DNA of 60,569 nucleotides from Negaprion brevirostris (Eukaryota), in contig JARDVH010000025.1 of assembly GCA_030324005.1 (NCBI GenBank), positions 39,613,078 to 39,673,646 on the forward strand. Reading direction: 5' to 3'. A program made the translations under genes and the position numbers. Shown here one piece after another: positions 23,229-35,714 of the stretch. Under the pieces are notes generated by a model. The model worked only from the letters and a program-made list of their open reading frames with translations, was not told where the DNA came from and made no database searches. Position 1 is the first letter of the stretch, and every line of letters starts with the position of its first letter.

Positions 23229-23939
23229 TTAAGAGTCAACCATATTGCTGTGTGACTGCAGTCACTAAGGCCAGGCCAAGTAAACATTGCAGGTTCTCTT
23301 CTGAATTTATATGTTTCTTGTTAAAAACTGATTTTAAATTTTGAAAAGATGGCATTTAGACTGATGGGTCTGAATTTTAGCACTAAGTTACTTGTGGAAG
23401 GAGGCTGCTGGAAGGTCATGAAACCAGAAGAATGGGTTTCCTGAATGTCCTGTAGAATTTACAACTGCTTTCTACTGCTTTAATGTTTTTCTGTGGATTT
23501 TCCATGCACAAGCAGCCTGACTGACAGGCTTGAGGCATTTAAGGCAGAAAACCTGCTCCACAAGACTGAAGCCAAAAGCTAGTAGATGAGTTAAGAGAAT
23601 GAGAGAGGCCATGCAGGGATTCTGATCTTGGAGGAGAGGCTTCCCATTGGAGTGGGGAAATTTAACCATTTTCCAGGGAAAAGGTGCAGAGTGATGGTAG
23701 TCTTTGGGTGGGGAAGTAGTGGTGGGAGATGGGGTGGACTGCAGAAATGTTTGCTGACCACTTCATTGGGTCTAGTTACAAGCCTGGTAGAGGTCAATAA
23801 CTTTAAGGTTTATTTACTTAAAAGTCAACTTCTGCTGTGACCAAAATTTGAGGTCGGTTTTACAATCAATCATTCCAAGTAAAATATAAAATACAAAAAA
23901 AAAAAAAAATCGATAGAAACAGCAGTAGAATAACATCCA

Positions 23940-24050
23940 CTGCTAGGAATCTCTGATGCCGCTGCAGTGAATGGAGTTTTGGCTAAGCGCCAAATTCTCC
24001 ATTCTCATTGACAGCGGGATGCGAATGGACAAGGTCGTAGAATCCTGCAC
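23940..24050. mobile_element. short non-autonomous DNA-transposon-like repeat (family shared with 54786-54916)
   Basis: GCTGCAGTGAATGGAGTTTTGGCTAAGCGCCAAATTCTCCATTCT matches the reverse complement of about 54820-54870. Confidence 0.6.
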
Positions 24051-24849
24051 ATTCTAACCTTCAGATTAGGATCTTTACATTATCAGGATTTAAAGTTTAA
24101 CAGTCATTAGAGTTTGTTCTTTGTCCTGATGGGATATATCACATGTACAATCTGAAAGGCAATGATTTTTGTTTATTGGGCAACTACATGTGCCGGTAGT
24201 GTCATCAGCTAGACAAGCTTAACTTCTGGGTTTCAGAGATTGAGTGGCAGGCTGCATTACGGTGGGGCACCATTGAAATTCTGAGTTTCATGGGTAGCAC
24301 ATCCATAAATGTGTCACCCCACAGCTTAAGGCTCTGCAGACAGATGGGGGATAAGTAACCTCCACATAGTCAAGGAGGGCCAGTCAGAAAATGCTGGAGT
24401 CCCTGGAGTGCACTTTGTCCCTAAACTAGTACTTGGTTCTGAAAATTGCACCTGCTAAACCACAATGATTTACCACCTACAAGAATTATTATTTTCTTTT
24501 TTCACTCATGTTAAATAGTTTAATTCCATCCTTACTTCTACGTATCACATTTTATGTTCACCAAAACAGACTAAACAACAGAAAATACTACAATAATGAA
24601 ATGGAGACCTTGAATTGAAGACCTTGATCTTCAATTGTAGACCATCTTAAATTACTTGGCTGGAATTACTGAGTTTCCATACACTTTCCATAATGGCTTT
24701 CTGCTACTATGTAATACAATGAAAATCTCTTACTATTTCAATTTTCTCATTTTTTCTCCTGTTTGTATGACAACCAAGCTGAGTTTTTTAAAAATGAAAG
24801 GACTTTATAATTTTCTAAGTTGCATAGTGGCACAACATTCCAGAAAATC

Positions 24850-25005
24850 ATGCTAGTTAGGTGCATTTGGCCATGCTAAGTTCTCCCTCAGTGTACCGGA
24901 ACAGGTGCCAGAATGTGGCAACTGGGGGATTTTCACAGCAACTTCATTGCAGTGTTAATGGAAGCCTACTTATGACACTAATAAATAAATTTTAACTTTA
25001 AAACT
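24850..25005 (+). mobile_element. V-SINE subfamily B, 5'-truncated
   Basis: GTTAGGTGCATTTGGCCATGCTAAG..TGACACTAATAAATAAATTTTAACTTTAAAAC. Confidence 0.85.
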
Positions 25006-26844
25006 TAATTAAAAGTAACTAATTGGTTGTTTTTAAGTATAATCTTTGTCATTTTGCAGACAAATTAACATGCAATCCTTCTGCATTTTCAATAATTTTT
25101 AATAAAGATGATCATTCTGTAAAAAGAGAAAGGCAACCAAAGACTTGATGAAAAAACACAGCTCAGTATTAATCATTGGAATTAGACACCAACAAAGATC
25201 GGCAGTGCTCACAGTCAGATTTGCAAATCACTGATGTAGAATTTGCAACAGGATATTAAATGCAGAAGTAGGTAATGTTCACCGTCTAACAATCCCATTC
25301 ACCACCAACTCAAATAACAGCAATCTTACTGCAGGGATTATGCCAACTAAATTGGGTTGGTTGGGTCATGGTTTTCACTGGATGAGAGATCTAGATTAAC
25401 CCAGAGAATCGCAGCTCTGTAAAACTGATGGATCGGACTCGTGTCAGGTGTTGAAATGTAAAGAAGCTGGAATAGGAAGGAGTCTGATCTACCCCAAACA
25501 CACTGTTTCGCTTTTGGTGGTGCAGGGGACAGATGCAACCAATCCCCTCTTGGGAGATCGGTTGGCCATTGAAGCTGCTTTCCTTAATTTCAGTTTTATT
25601 TAGAACTACGGGTGGCAGTTTTCCTAACCTTGACAAAAGCGGCAGCTCAGTGGGGGAAAGGATGGCTGAATCCATATGATCAGTGCTTTTGCAGCACTAA
25701 TTATGGGGTAGAAGGAGCAAGAGTATTTCCTCAAGGTTTTTACGAATGTTTAATTTTATGATTCATATTCTTGAGGGGTATAACTTAGTTTGGAAATTGG
25801 AAGCTTTATATGCAAGATAAATTAAAACACCTGATATGAGAAGTAGGTAAACAAACCTAATGTGAAATCAAATGAAAAGTTAACATATGGCTGTTTAGTA
25901 TGTCAATGTCGGTAGTAATAGAAACCAAATAATGGACTGCCTCTGAAATTCTTGTTAGAGATGGGATGTGTACAGCTGTTTCATTCAGTAATTTAAACTA
26001 TTCCTATGATTTCCCATAATAAAGTGAAGGTATGAGAATTAGAGGTAATTCATTTAAATCTCTATCTGGGGATCCCAGGTCTGCCATGTTGCTGTTAGGA
26101 TAGTTTGCAGGGAGGTGTATTTTGACTGAGTTTTACTTGAGTGATTTCTCACAGAATTAGTTGAAGATGGGGTCAGGAGTTAAAACATCTGGAACCAGCA
26201 GCAGCAGGTTGTTAGAAACCAGGGATTTTCTGATTTGGAATCACTATGCAAGAATACATTGAGGCCCATGCTTGAGCTGGGATATCTACAGTTGTGAAGT
26301 TTTGAAGTAGAGTTGGAAAGTTTAGCTAGCCGAGTGCTAATGGAAGGACCTCAAAAAATCTGATAGCTTGGAGCATAGTGGGAAGCTAGAATAGAATCAA
26401 AGTGAATTCCTGAGAGCTGTGGCACACCTTGGTTTGGCTCCCAGAAGAAATGAAGAAATTCATAAGATCCTGCAAAGTATTGGGGAATTCTTGAGTGGAA
26501 ATCAAAGTAGATTGAGGACTGTGCTATTAAAATTTTCAAGTTTTAAAGTACAAGTATATACAAAATATAATAAGTACTTGCTTTAGTTTTTGCACAGTAA
26601 AATACTTTGTTTAAAATGTGAAATTTTATGTACATTTTTCAGTTGATAGTTGAGAATTTAAATATCTGAAGAAATTTCATGTTTGGTCAACTGGACATTG
26701 TTGGCAAGCATCACCAGACTGTCACCCACAGACGCTATTGGCTGTACTTCCCCCTGGATTGCTGTGTTGAATTGACTAAGGTCCTCTCAGCCTGAGCTGA
26801 CCACTTGGCTTGGAAATTGTTATCAGCCCGAGAACCACCAGGTT

Positions 26845-28404
26845 GGTTATGTGACTGGTGAAATGATTGGTCTATGCAACATCCAGTCAAGTTCCTCTTT
26901 GACATTGGGTAGTAGAGGATGTGCTATCCTCCTGGGCACGAACAAACAGACTGGCACGGCATCTGGAAGCAGTGAAATGTGATATTTGTTTTTCAACTCA
27001 ATCAATCTTTGGAAGAATAGTAGAAATTCCTGGTGATATTCAGTCATGTTGTCCGGTGGAAGAATCTCTTTTACTTTATGTAGGACGCACAGTTGCATCC
27101 ATGCATTCCTGCTATGCAAAGAGATACTTGGATTATACAGAATACAGAAGATCTGTGCTATTTTGGCCCTTCTGGTATAGAATGGCCTTGAACTGACTTT
27201 TCACTTGTAGATTAGTTCCACCCAGATTTTGGAGGTTAATATTTTGATGTCTGGACAAGAAGCCTGTGGAGCCATGCTAAATGATCAGCCATTATGGATA
27301 CCCAGTGCCCAAATCAAACTTCTGGTGGGTTTGAAATCCTTTGACTGCTAAAGTCACCCCTAGACGTCTTGATAAGGTGTGTACTTCTTCCAGGAAGTTT
27401 GAAGTGGCACTTGTCATGTCTGTGTCCTGAGTGCACCATAAGCTGCAATTCTTCTGTTGTTTTTGCTGTTTGTTGGAGATTACAAATAAAAAGAACCACT
27501 TCAAATGCCCTGTTCTCCAACATGAGGCAGTCTGCACCCCTTGCTGGGCAGTCTTGTATTGTCTCTTTACACCACAGCAGAAACATTTCAAGATGGCTGA
27601 TGCATGGTTTCCCACTTTTTCAGTCAGTTTGGTGGGCTCCTGCCTAGATGGAGTTACTGCGCTTGGGCTTAAATGATGAGTGGTCCCTGCCAATGCCTTG
27701 TTGTGTCGGAGGTTGATAGACCAAATACACATTCTTGGACCGACCTGTTTGAGTGAGATTGCAATCATCTGTCATGGATTTCTGTTCGTGAGGACTGGCT
27801 AAGGCACATGAAGCTGTAAGGAGCAATTCATTAGATTCATTTGGTATGGACGATCTGTTCTGGAAATGTCTTTGGCCAGCAGTGGCATTCCAAGATGAAG
27901 TGAAAAACACATCAAAGGCTTTTCATACAGAGTCAAAGTCTGTGGGAATCTTATCAGCCACTTGGCTGAGAAGGAACTGAGCTGGAGTGTCTGCTCTTTG
28001 GTAAGGAGACCTGAGGCTCTCGGTACTTCAAAAAGTTATCACACCATGTCTTCCAATGCCAGCCTCTCCATGAGCCTTCAGTACTTCCAAATGGGCAGGA
28101 AGGGGCAGTGACTGCTTGTTCAATGCCACCATCACTACCCTTTTCTGTTAGCCTCCTGCATAGACACACTTACAGGATGTCAGTCTAATCAGGGATCATT
28201 ACTGGTTTGGGCCATGCATGTCTGTCAATGGCACTGACTCTTACACTGGTGTCACCACCACTGCCACCATGTCTCATGGACATGCTGGGTGTTTGAACAA
28301 AACAGTGAACTTGACATAGAATTAATCAATAACAGAGCTGAAAGCTAGGTCAAGGGATAAAGATCTTTGGGATCTTGTAAGCAGAGAGAAGTACCCCTCT
28401 GACA
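26845..28404 (-). mobile_element. degenerate Ty3/Gypsy LTR retrotransposon, 5' part (short LTR, PBS, gag, protease, start of RT)
   Basis: W..W...F..YR gag start; CPARGADC..GH zinc-knuckle remnant; KFDLGTG (decayed protease motif); YHISLLPDAVPVCLFVPRRIAHPLLPNVKEELDWML..IISPVT; TGTC..GACA-bounded segment 28270-28404. Confidence 0.85.
28256..28269 (-). promoter_or_regulatory. primer-binding site (tRNA-Leu-like) of the Gypsy element
   Basis: Minus strand reads ..GACA|TGGTGGCAGTGGTG directly after the LTR end, complementary to a tRNA-Leu 3' end (..CACCRCTGCCACCA). Confidence 0.75.
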
Positions 28405-28451
28405 TCTTAAGCACTCAAGGCAAAGGCCTACTTTGGTTCCACATATCTGAG

Positions 28452-28727
28452 ATGGCTTTTTCCACAGAAAGGTCTGGAATCACATGTAGGCCAGATCAGC
28501 TCAGGATGGTAGACTTCCTCCCCTAAAAGACAATAAGTGAACCAGATGAATTTTTATAACTGACAATGGTTTCATAAGCACTATTACAGAGCTCAGCTTT
28601 TTAATTCCAAATTTATTAACTAAATTTAAATTCCATCAAGACAGGATTTGAACCCAGACCCCAGGGTATTTTCCTGGGCATTTGCAATAGTAGTCCAGTG
28701 ATACTACCACCATGCCACTGCCTCCCC
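28452..28727 (-). mobile_element. Deu-domain SINE (SacSINE1-like)
   Basis: Minus strand GGGGAGGCAGTGGCATGGTGGTAGTATCACTGGACTA..GGGTTCAAATCC..CATCTGGTTCACTTATTGTC..CTGGCCTACATGTGATTCCAGACC. Confidence 0.8.
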
Positions 28728-29307
28728 TGGATTCGCCCTAATTTTTATTTGAGAATCAATATTTTGTATAGTTTCATGTATATATCCTGTCTCCTCTGTT
28801 ACTCAAATTGTTTAATTTAAATTACTGGATATTTCAAACATTTGGGTGCAAAGACAATCTTTTTATCGTATGTAATTAAGACATTACCTTATCTTCCTTC
28901 TGCCACCATTGAAACTATATGCAACCTTCAGCATACATGTATTTGCATATTTTTACTAAGGTCTGTGAAAGGAGGAAAAATGTTGTCAGTGTCTTCAGCT
29001 GGGTCATCAGTTAAGAAAATGTGTATATTTTAATTGTTAACAAGTTTTTTTTGTGCAATTGTAATAATAAAACATGATAGTTTACATTAATGGTTGAACT
29101 TGCACTAAATTATATTTCATTGTTTGCAGTATCTTTTTCCCTGAAGCTACTTTATTTTATTTTTTTCTATTTCCACGTCTTCACCTTACATAATCTGCAG
29201 GTGAAAAAGTGGTCCAAAAATCTGCTTCTCGGTCGTTCACCATCACCAGAAGGTTGCCAGAAGAACCTCCTGTCATCATATCCCTTTAATGTTCATTCTT
29301 TATTTCG

Positions 29308-29637
29308 ATAGGAGGCTAAGGGGAGAACTGATAGAAGTCTACAAAATTACGAGAGGCATACATAGGGCTGACAGTCTGAATCCAGAGTTGAAATGTCTAA
29401 CACTAGGGGTCATACACTTAAGGTGAAAGTTCAAACTGGATGTGAGGGCCAAGTCTTTTACACAGGTGTCTGGAACACGATGCTAGGGATGATGATAGGG
29501 GCAGATACAAAAGGGGCTTTTTGATAATGCAAGGAATACAGGGATACGGACCAAGGGCAAGCAGAAGGGATTCGTTTAATTAGGCATCATATTCGGCACA
29601 AAGGGCCTGTTCCTGTGCTGGACTGTTCTATGTTCTA
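29308..29637 (+). mobile_element. CR1 LINE 3' end
   Basis: RRLRGELIEVYKITRGI; tail GGGCCTGTTCCTGTGCTG..TTCTATGTTCTA. Confidence 0.85.
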
Positions 29638-30329
29638 ATCCTGGCCTCCACCTGGTTACTCCTGTAGCTGAAATCTATGACCTCTGAAGTGAATTAAAGT
29701 TGATGCTGTGGCTCTGTACAATGTAAATATGATGAGGCTGGCAAAAAGCCAAAATGTTGAACTCCAACTTTGTCACATTGACATTGTACAGAGCAACTTT
29801 TATGTAGAATCAGTATGTTATTGTCCTGGTTATGAAATCAGTCTCACTTGTGGGAGAGGGCTGGATTTCATAGTATCAATAGCAACCGACAAGCAATTGT
29901 GCAACTGTTGAAAGTGTGTTAAATGGGATTTTTCAGATTCTGGCAATGAACTTTTCTCATTAGCTGTGGAAAAAGCATCCTTGGGTGGGTTGAGCTCTCT
30001 TCCTGCTTTGGGTCTAATAAAATAATGGCCGTTGGTAACCAACAACAGCTGTTTGCAGTGATTTAGTAGCACTATCTCATTAAACTTACAACTGTGATAA
30101 CAAATAGATTTCTTTGATTCAATAGCCTGGATTTTCTGTTTGATGTTTGTGCAATGTTTAAATGATTTAAAGCACATAAATGTTGCTGTCATTGTTATAA
30201 TAATAAAAAGTGCTGGTCAGAAAATCTTGGCTGGAAGTTATGGCCCTGAAATTCCATGGATCCCTCTTGCACGCCCACCGTAACTGTGACAGCTGTTGGC
30301 ATTGGGCTGAATTCTCCAGACTTCGCGGT

Positions 30330-30660
30330 TTGGGAAAGTAGAGGGAAACCTTGTCTAAACTGGCTAAGGCTCCTTTGTCAACACCTTCCAAAACTGTGAT
30401 CTCTACCACTTAGAAGGACATGGGCAGCTGATACATGGGAGCACCACCACTTGTAAGTTCCCGTCCAAGCCACACACCATCCTGACTTGGAAATAGATCG
30501 CTGCGCATCCACTGTCACGTGGTTAACATCCTAAAACTCCCTCCCTAACAACACTGTGGGTGTGCCCACAGCACACAGGCTTCAGCAGTTCAAGAAGGTG
30601 GCTAAGCACAACTTTTTAAAGAACAATTAGCCTGGCCTTGCCAGTGATGCTGATATCTCA
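30330..30660 (+). mobile_element. 3' end of a CR1/L2-group LINE
   Basis: NSLPNNTVGVPTAHRLQQFKKVA; same family as 4262-4510 and 48750-49245. Confidence 0.8.
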
Positions 30661-32129
30661 AACTCTGAGGCGCCCCTGCTTTCAAGCAGTTATCCTGAAC
30701 TGGCACCCCTCACAGGACTTGGTCACTTTTTCATCATCATTTTGGGCCACACCCTCTGCACCTCCTTCTCAAGCAGCACTCACTTCTCCTGGTAGGACTT
30801 CTTCCTATACATTGCTGCAGACCAATTAGGCTTCCTGTTTGTCTCATCTGCCTGCAGGCTATAATTGGATGGCAAACACGAAGGTGGTCAGTTATGAGGC
30901 CTACTCACATAAAGTTGCAATCTGGACCTACATGGATTCCCAATATTTGACTCGCTAGAGGTTTAGCCAGTTTACCACCAAAGTTATGATAAAGGACCAT
31001 GAAATTTCACAGACTGCATGAATAAAAGATGACATTGGGTGAAGTTTCCCATTCTGGATACGGAGTCTGGTGATGGGCAGGAAAGTGAATGAGTGTGATT
31101 CAGGCTGGGCAATGGGATGAACACGCATAATCTTCTGCTTTTCAGCATCAGTGGGGAGCTCTGCAAATCTTGTGTCATTTGCCCACCATTATCTCATGGG
31201 GCCAAAGGTCCTGGCTCCAGATCTAAAGTGCACCTGAACAGACATTCACTCATTGCCGACCAGGAATTTCACACTATTCCTCCAGAGTCCTTACAGCCAC
31301 AGCTCATACTGGAGAAGCTTGCATCTGTGTGCAAGCAAATGCCAGGCTATAAGAGGGTACCTGCAGCATTGCCCTGCACCCATCTCTTGATCAGAGAACC
31401 ATCGGTAATCCACCCATGATCAAGTCAATGGTCCCAGTTCCAGAGATCAATGTTCACCAGCCTCTTGACCTTATAGAAGAACCACTGCATTTACTGCTCA
31501 GGCCTGGATCCTCATGTCCCTATTACAACCAGCAACTGGTCCCCCTCCTCTATATCTAGGTGAGAGCCATTACTAAGGCAGTGTTGCCTACATCTAACAT
31601 CAGACACCTCACTGTACGCATGAAAGAATTGAAGTGATACATGAAGTGAGCATGTCCTTTACAGATTTCCCACCATCTCCAAACCAGCAGGCAATTAGTA
31701 TTCTCTTCACCTGACCTCTGTATAGACACGCCATTCCCAAGCTACTGCTTCTGGAGAATCAGAGATTGGTGCTCCTGCTATTCGTACATGACTGCATATG
31801 GAGACACATTGCTCTTTGTCCAGGGTGATGAGAGCCTTGTAGAGAAAGCTGCAATCAGACATTCATCTCCACAACCCTCAATTCTATAGAGAGACCATTG
31901 CCTTGGCAGCATTGAAAGACTAACCGCATGAAACCTTGTCAGCCAGGACCATTCACCCCGGAGGATGGAAGTTTGGAGTCCCCCCCACCAGTTATGTTCC
32001 TTGAAGGCATCCATCTCCCTCCCTCCCTTCATCACTGCCTCTGACTACAGCCGATGGCAAATGGCACATTGGTCCCTATATGGTTCAGACGATGGCCATC
32101 CCAATGGAACAGCTCCCTCTTCCCCTAGT

Positions 32130-32490
32130 ACTGGCCCTTGTACCTCATTTCTTCCATATCAACCTTTGATCTGGATATCCAATCCCTGATCCTATTTACC
32201 ATCTGCAATTTGTTGGTAGCTTCACTACTAATCCAGATGTTTCATGGTTCCGCTTTCTAATTTAATCCCTAGCTGCTCATAGTCCCTCAGTGTAATTTCT
32301 TTCTTACTCCTTCCTATGTCCCCAAATGGACAGTGACAACTGGATCTTTCCCTCCCACTCCAGCCCTGAGGAGATATTCTTAATCCTGGCACCAGGCAGG
32401 CCACACAGCCTTCAGGACTCACACTCTGGGCTGCAGAGAACATCTATCCCCCGAACTATACTGTCTCCTACTACAATACAATTACGTTCA
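32130..32490 (-). mobile_element. CR1 ORF1 fragment (SGNH/GDSL esterase-like domain)
   Basis: Minus strand IVVGDSIVRGID..LPGARIK..DPVV.VH.G..DIGR..LRDYEQLG.KL, with frameshifts. Confidence 0.82.
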
Positions 32491-33501
32491 TTTTTACTCA
32501 CTGTTGACATCAAAGATATGACAGTATGGTGTATGTCATGTGGTTATGTGACATTTAATTCTGTTGCCAGGTGACTGAGAGGCTCATATTTCCCTACTAC
32601 TGATGGTTAGGCAATCTGAGACTCCATTGATCTCCAGCCCCTCGTTCTCTATAAATGCTGGTTATCAATATATTTACATTTTATTCCTCTTCATTGAAGG
32701 NNNNNNNNNNNNNNNNNNNNNNNNNNNNNNNNNNNNNNNNNNNNNNNNNNNNNNNNNNNNNNNNNNNNNNNNNNNNNNNNNNNNNNNNNNNNNNNNNNNN
32801 CTTCATTGAATGCCTCAGTGCACCACAATGCCTTTACCAGTTTGCTCATCTTCCCAGCAGTCCCTGCTCTCATTTCAAAAAAGTGCCAGAAGCTTGAATC
32901 TGTTAAACATTTGCAAGGGAAGCTCCCCCATTGTGCCCTTCTGGATTTTCATACCTGCCTTACTTGCCACAACATTCTTTCCCTGGCCATAGATCAAAGT
33001 TGAAGTACCTCGTCTACAGGGTGTGACTGCATCCTATTGCATCAGCCAAAAGTTATTCTGGCTTAATATTGAATCATCCAAAAGTTATTAACATCATGTT
33101 TGAGTTTTACCAGTTTGTCTCCCCAGAAGTTTTGGTTTCCAATCTCAGTTTCAATCTTCACTTCCTTAAAAATTGCAAGGGTTAGTGTCCTTTCCCAGGC
33201 TGGACTTTTGTGGCAGACCTGTCGTGGGTGGCACGGAAAGTTCAGGGAGGCAGCCAAATGGTCATTGACTTTGGAGCAGGAAAATTCCAGCCTCAGTTCA
33301 TCCTTGCAATTTCAAAAACTATAAAGTACATATTCCATCTACAGAGCCTTTAGGGTTTTTCCTTACAAATCTTTCGTAATTAGAGTTCTCGGTATTCAGT
33401 GCTTGAGAAAATTAACCTTGTACTTTGTAAAAATCCAAAGAGGACCTTGTCCTTAAAGATCTACATTATTGAGCTAAACTAAAAGATTTTTCTCTTTACA
33501 G

Positions 33502-33562
33502 AGGTGTGGAGCTATCTCATTTGATGGTGCTGATCAGAATGCCCTATGTGTTCGCATGCTAG
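33502..33562 (+). CDS. PDE7B: PDE7B coding exon 2 (RCGAISFDGADQNALCVRML-G, 61 nt)
   Basis: Acceptor TTTACAG and donor GTAAGA, phase 0 to phase 1. Aligns with mammalian PDE7B RCGEILFENPDQNAKCVCMLG and PDE7A [21 protein letters not shown] as recalled. Confidence 0.94.
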
Positions 33563-35194
33563 GTAAGACTCATCCTTTTTGAAAGGTATTTACGAGCCCA
33601 ATGTGTAGAAATGATAATGTTTCATCTGAATTTGGTTCATTTTTCTTTTGTATACATATAACTTTTCCTATCTTGCCACCAATGTCTGCATGGGTTTACT
33701 GATGAACTCAAGACTGTCATTGGTTCCAATTTCTGTTCCAGCTCAGTGTTCCATTATTGGTCACTGCAGCTGTGCACATCAAAGGAGCAAACTAGCCAGC
33801 CTTCCTGCTCCAGATAGTTACCCAGTACTCATCTTGGAAAGTGTGTGCGCGCCCATCGGTATGTGTCTGATAAAGATACAGTTAGCTTAATCATCAGGTC
33901 AGAAACCTCCATGGTTCACCATGAAACTAAATCTCGTGCTTGCTCCAGAAAAATTAATATGGGTAAATTATATGTTCCCTGGCCAGCAGGTTTATAGATG
34001 CAAGGTGGCTGTAAAACTTTTTGGATGGCCTTCTTGCTGGTTCCTTCCTAGCCTGGCCAACTGTTGATCACTTCAGGGATATTTGCCACGCAGCCTCAAG
34101 TTTCAGATTGCCTTCTCCAGCAGCCTCCTTTTAACATTGGGCACTACCCCAAAAGGTCTGGCCCCTGCAGATGTTCCCTCCCACCCTGGCTGTCTTCACA
34201 AATACCCCTGTCTATTCTGCCCAACTGCTGGGTCTTCTCACCCCTCCGAGGCTTCCACACTTACCTTTACTGAATTCCTGAGATTTTTGGGAGCTGCTCC
34301 TAGTCCCAGTTCTGTCCACTGCAGCATTTAACACTGCTAGAATTAGAGAGCTGCCGGCCTATCAGATTGGCTGGCAGCTCTGTAAGGTGGGCTGGTCTCC
34401 TGAGTGAGGGGCAGATGCCCTGCCTCCAGCCAATTAACACCCACAAAATCATTAAATAGCTATGGGGAAGGCAGTATTGGCGGGTATGTGTTTACCACCT
34501 ACTCCTCCATTCTAAAGATTCTAGTCCAGTGACATTCTGTCAGATCATCATAATACCAATTCACTAATATCCTTCAGGGAACAAAGCTTGCCACCCTTGT
34601 CTGGCATTGGCCTGCGTTTAGCTCCATTTCCCCAACATATTGGTGACTTTGTCCTCAGGAAGTACAGGGATAAACAATAAAGGCTGCCTTGTCTGCCTTG
34701 CCACATTCCAAGAATAAAAGATAAAAATGTGTTGTGCCATGCTGGAATAGGCAATGACTACTGACTGCACCCAATCATCAAGAGACAAGTTGGGTAAGAC
34801 ACTAGATGCTTGTTGAGATTCATTGAATTAAATATTCTCAGAAATAAAGCAAATAAAAACAATAGTTTTCTAATTACAAATGCATACTATTCACCACAGG
34901 AGATTAGTTAGTACTCCAGTAACAGAGTGAAGATTATACCGTCAAACCTTTAACTCAAAGCACAAATGTAGCTTGTGGTGTTAGATCCCATGTTCAAAAA
35001 GGTGAGCAAGTCATATGTAATATTTTGCATAACTTAACATTATCACTATTTCCTACTAAACTCTGACAAAAATAAGTTAGAGCCCATGGCTCTGAAAGTG
35101 ACAGCAGTCATTATGTTTCTGGATGTTCTTAGATTGATTAAAAAACTTGTTTGTTAAATGTTGATGTGGACCTCTGTCAGTGAACTTAGAGCAG

Positions 35195-35535
35195 ATACAG
35201 CTGAGGAGATGTGACAGGGGTTCATAATATCATGAAGGGTTTATGTGGAGTAAATATAGCAAAACTGTTTCCAATGGCTGAAGGGTAAATGACCAGAGGA
35301 CACAGATTTAAAGTGATCAGCAACGCAACCAGATTGGCCATGAGGTGAAACTTTTTTAGACTGAATTAGGATTTGAAATACACTGCTATGTAGGATGGTA
35401 TAGATTCAGATGAGAATTTGATAAATGCTTGAAGGAGAAGAAATTGCAGACATTTAGAAACGGAATGGGGCTAATCGGATTGCTGTTTGAAAGAACTGAT
35501 GCAGGTTGGATGGATTGAGTGCTATTCTATGATTG
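35195..35535 (+). mobile_element. old CR1 LINE 3' end
   Basis: LEQIQLRRCDR..IMKG..KLFPMAEG..TRGHRFKVI-like motifs; tail TATTCTATGATT. Confidence 0.7.
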
Positions 35536-35714
35536 AGTGTAATGATGCAGGCTCATGTGCTGTCTCCCGATGTTTCTATTATGAATGTCAATACTGAAGG
35601 TGCATCAAGAAATGAAGTAGAACAATCCCAAATCGTTGTACTAAGGTTTAGGCAAATGATTGATATTTAGATCTTGTTTATTCTGTTTTGTAGTGGGGTT
35701 TATGGGGGTTTTGT

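Larger units (their letters stand above)
7501..33501 (+). other. PDE7B: PDE7B intron 1 (about 26 kb including gaps)
   Basis: GT at 7501; polypyrimidine tract TTTTTCTCTTTACAG ending at 33501; the splice restores MSCLMVE|RCG. Confidence 0.88.

Noticed and set aside
30660-32000. Possible Harbinger transposon coding remnants (similar sequence at about 52790-53420 and 57000-57400)
   Set aside because: Composition is suggestive, but no motif could be read convincingly.
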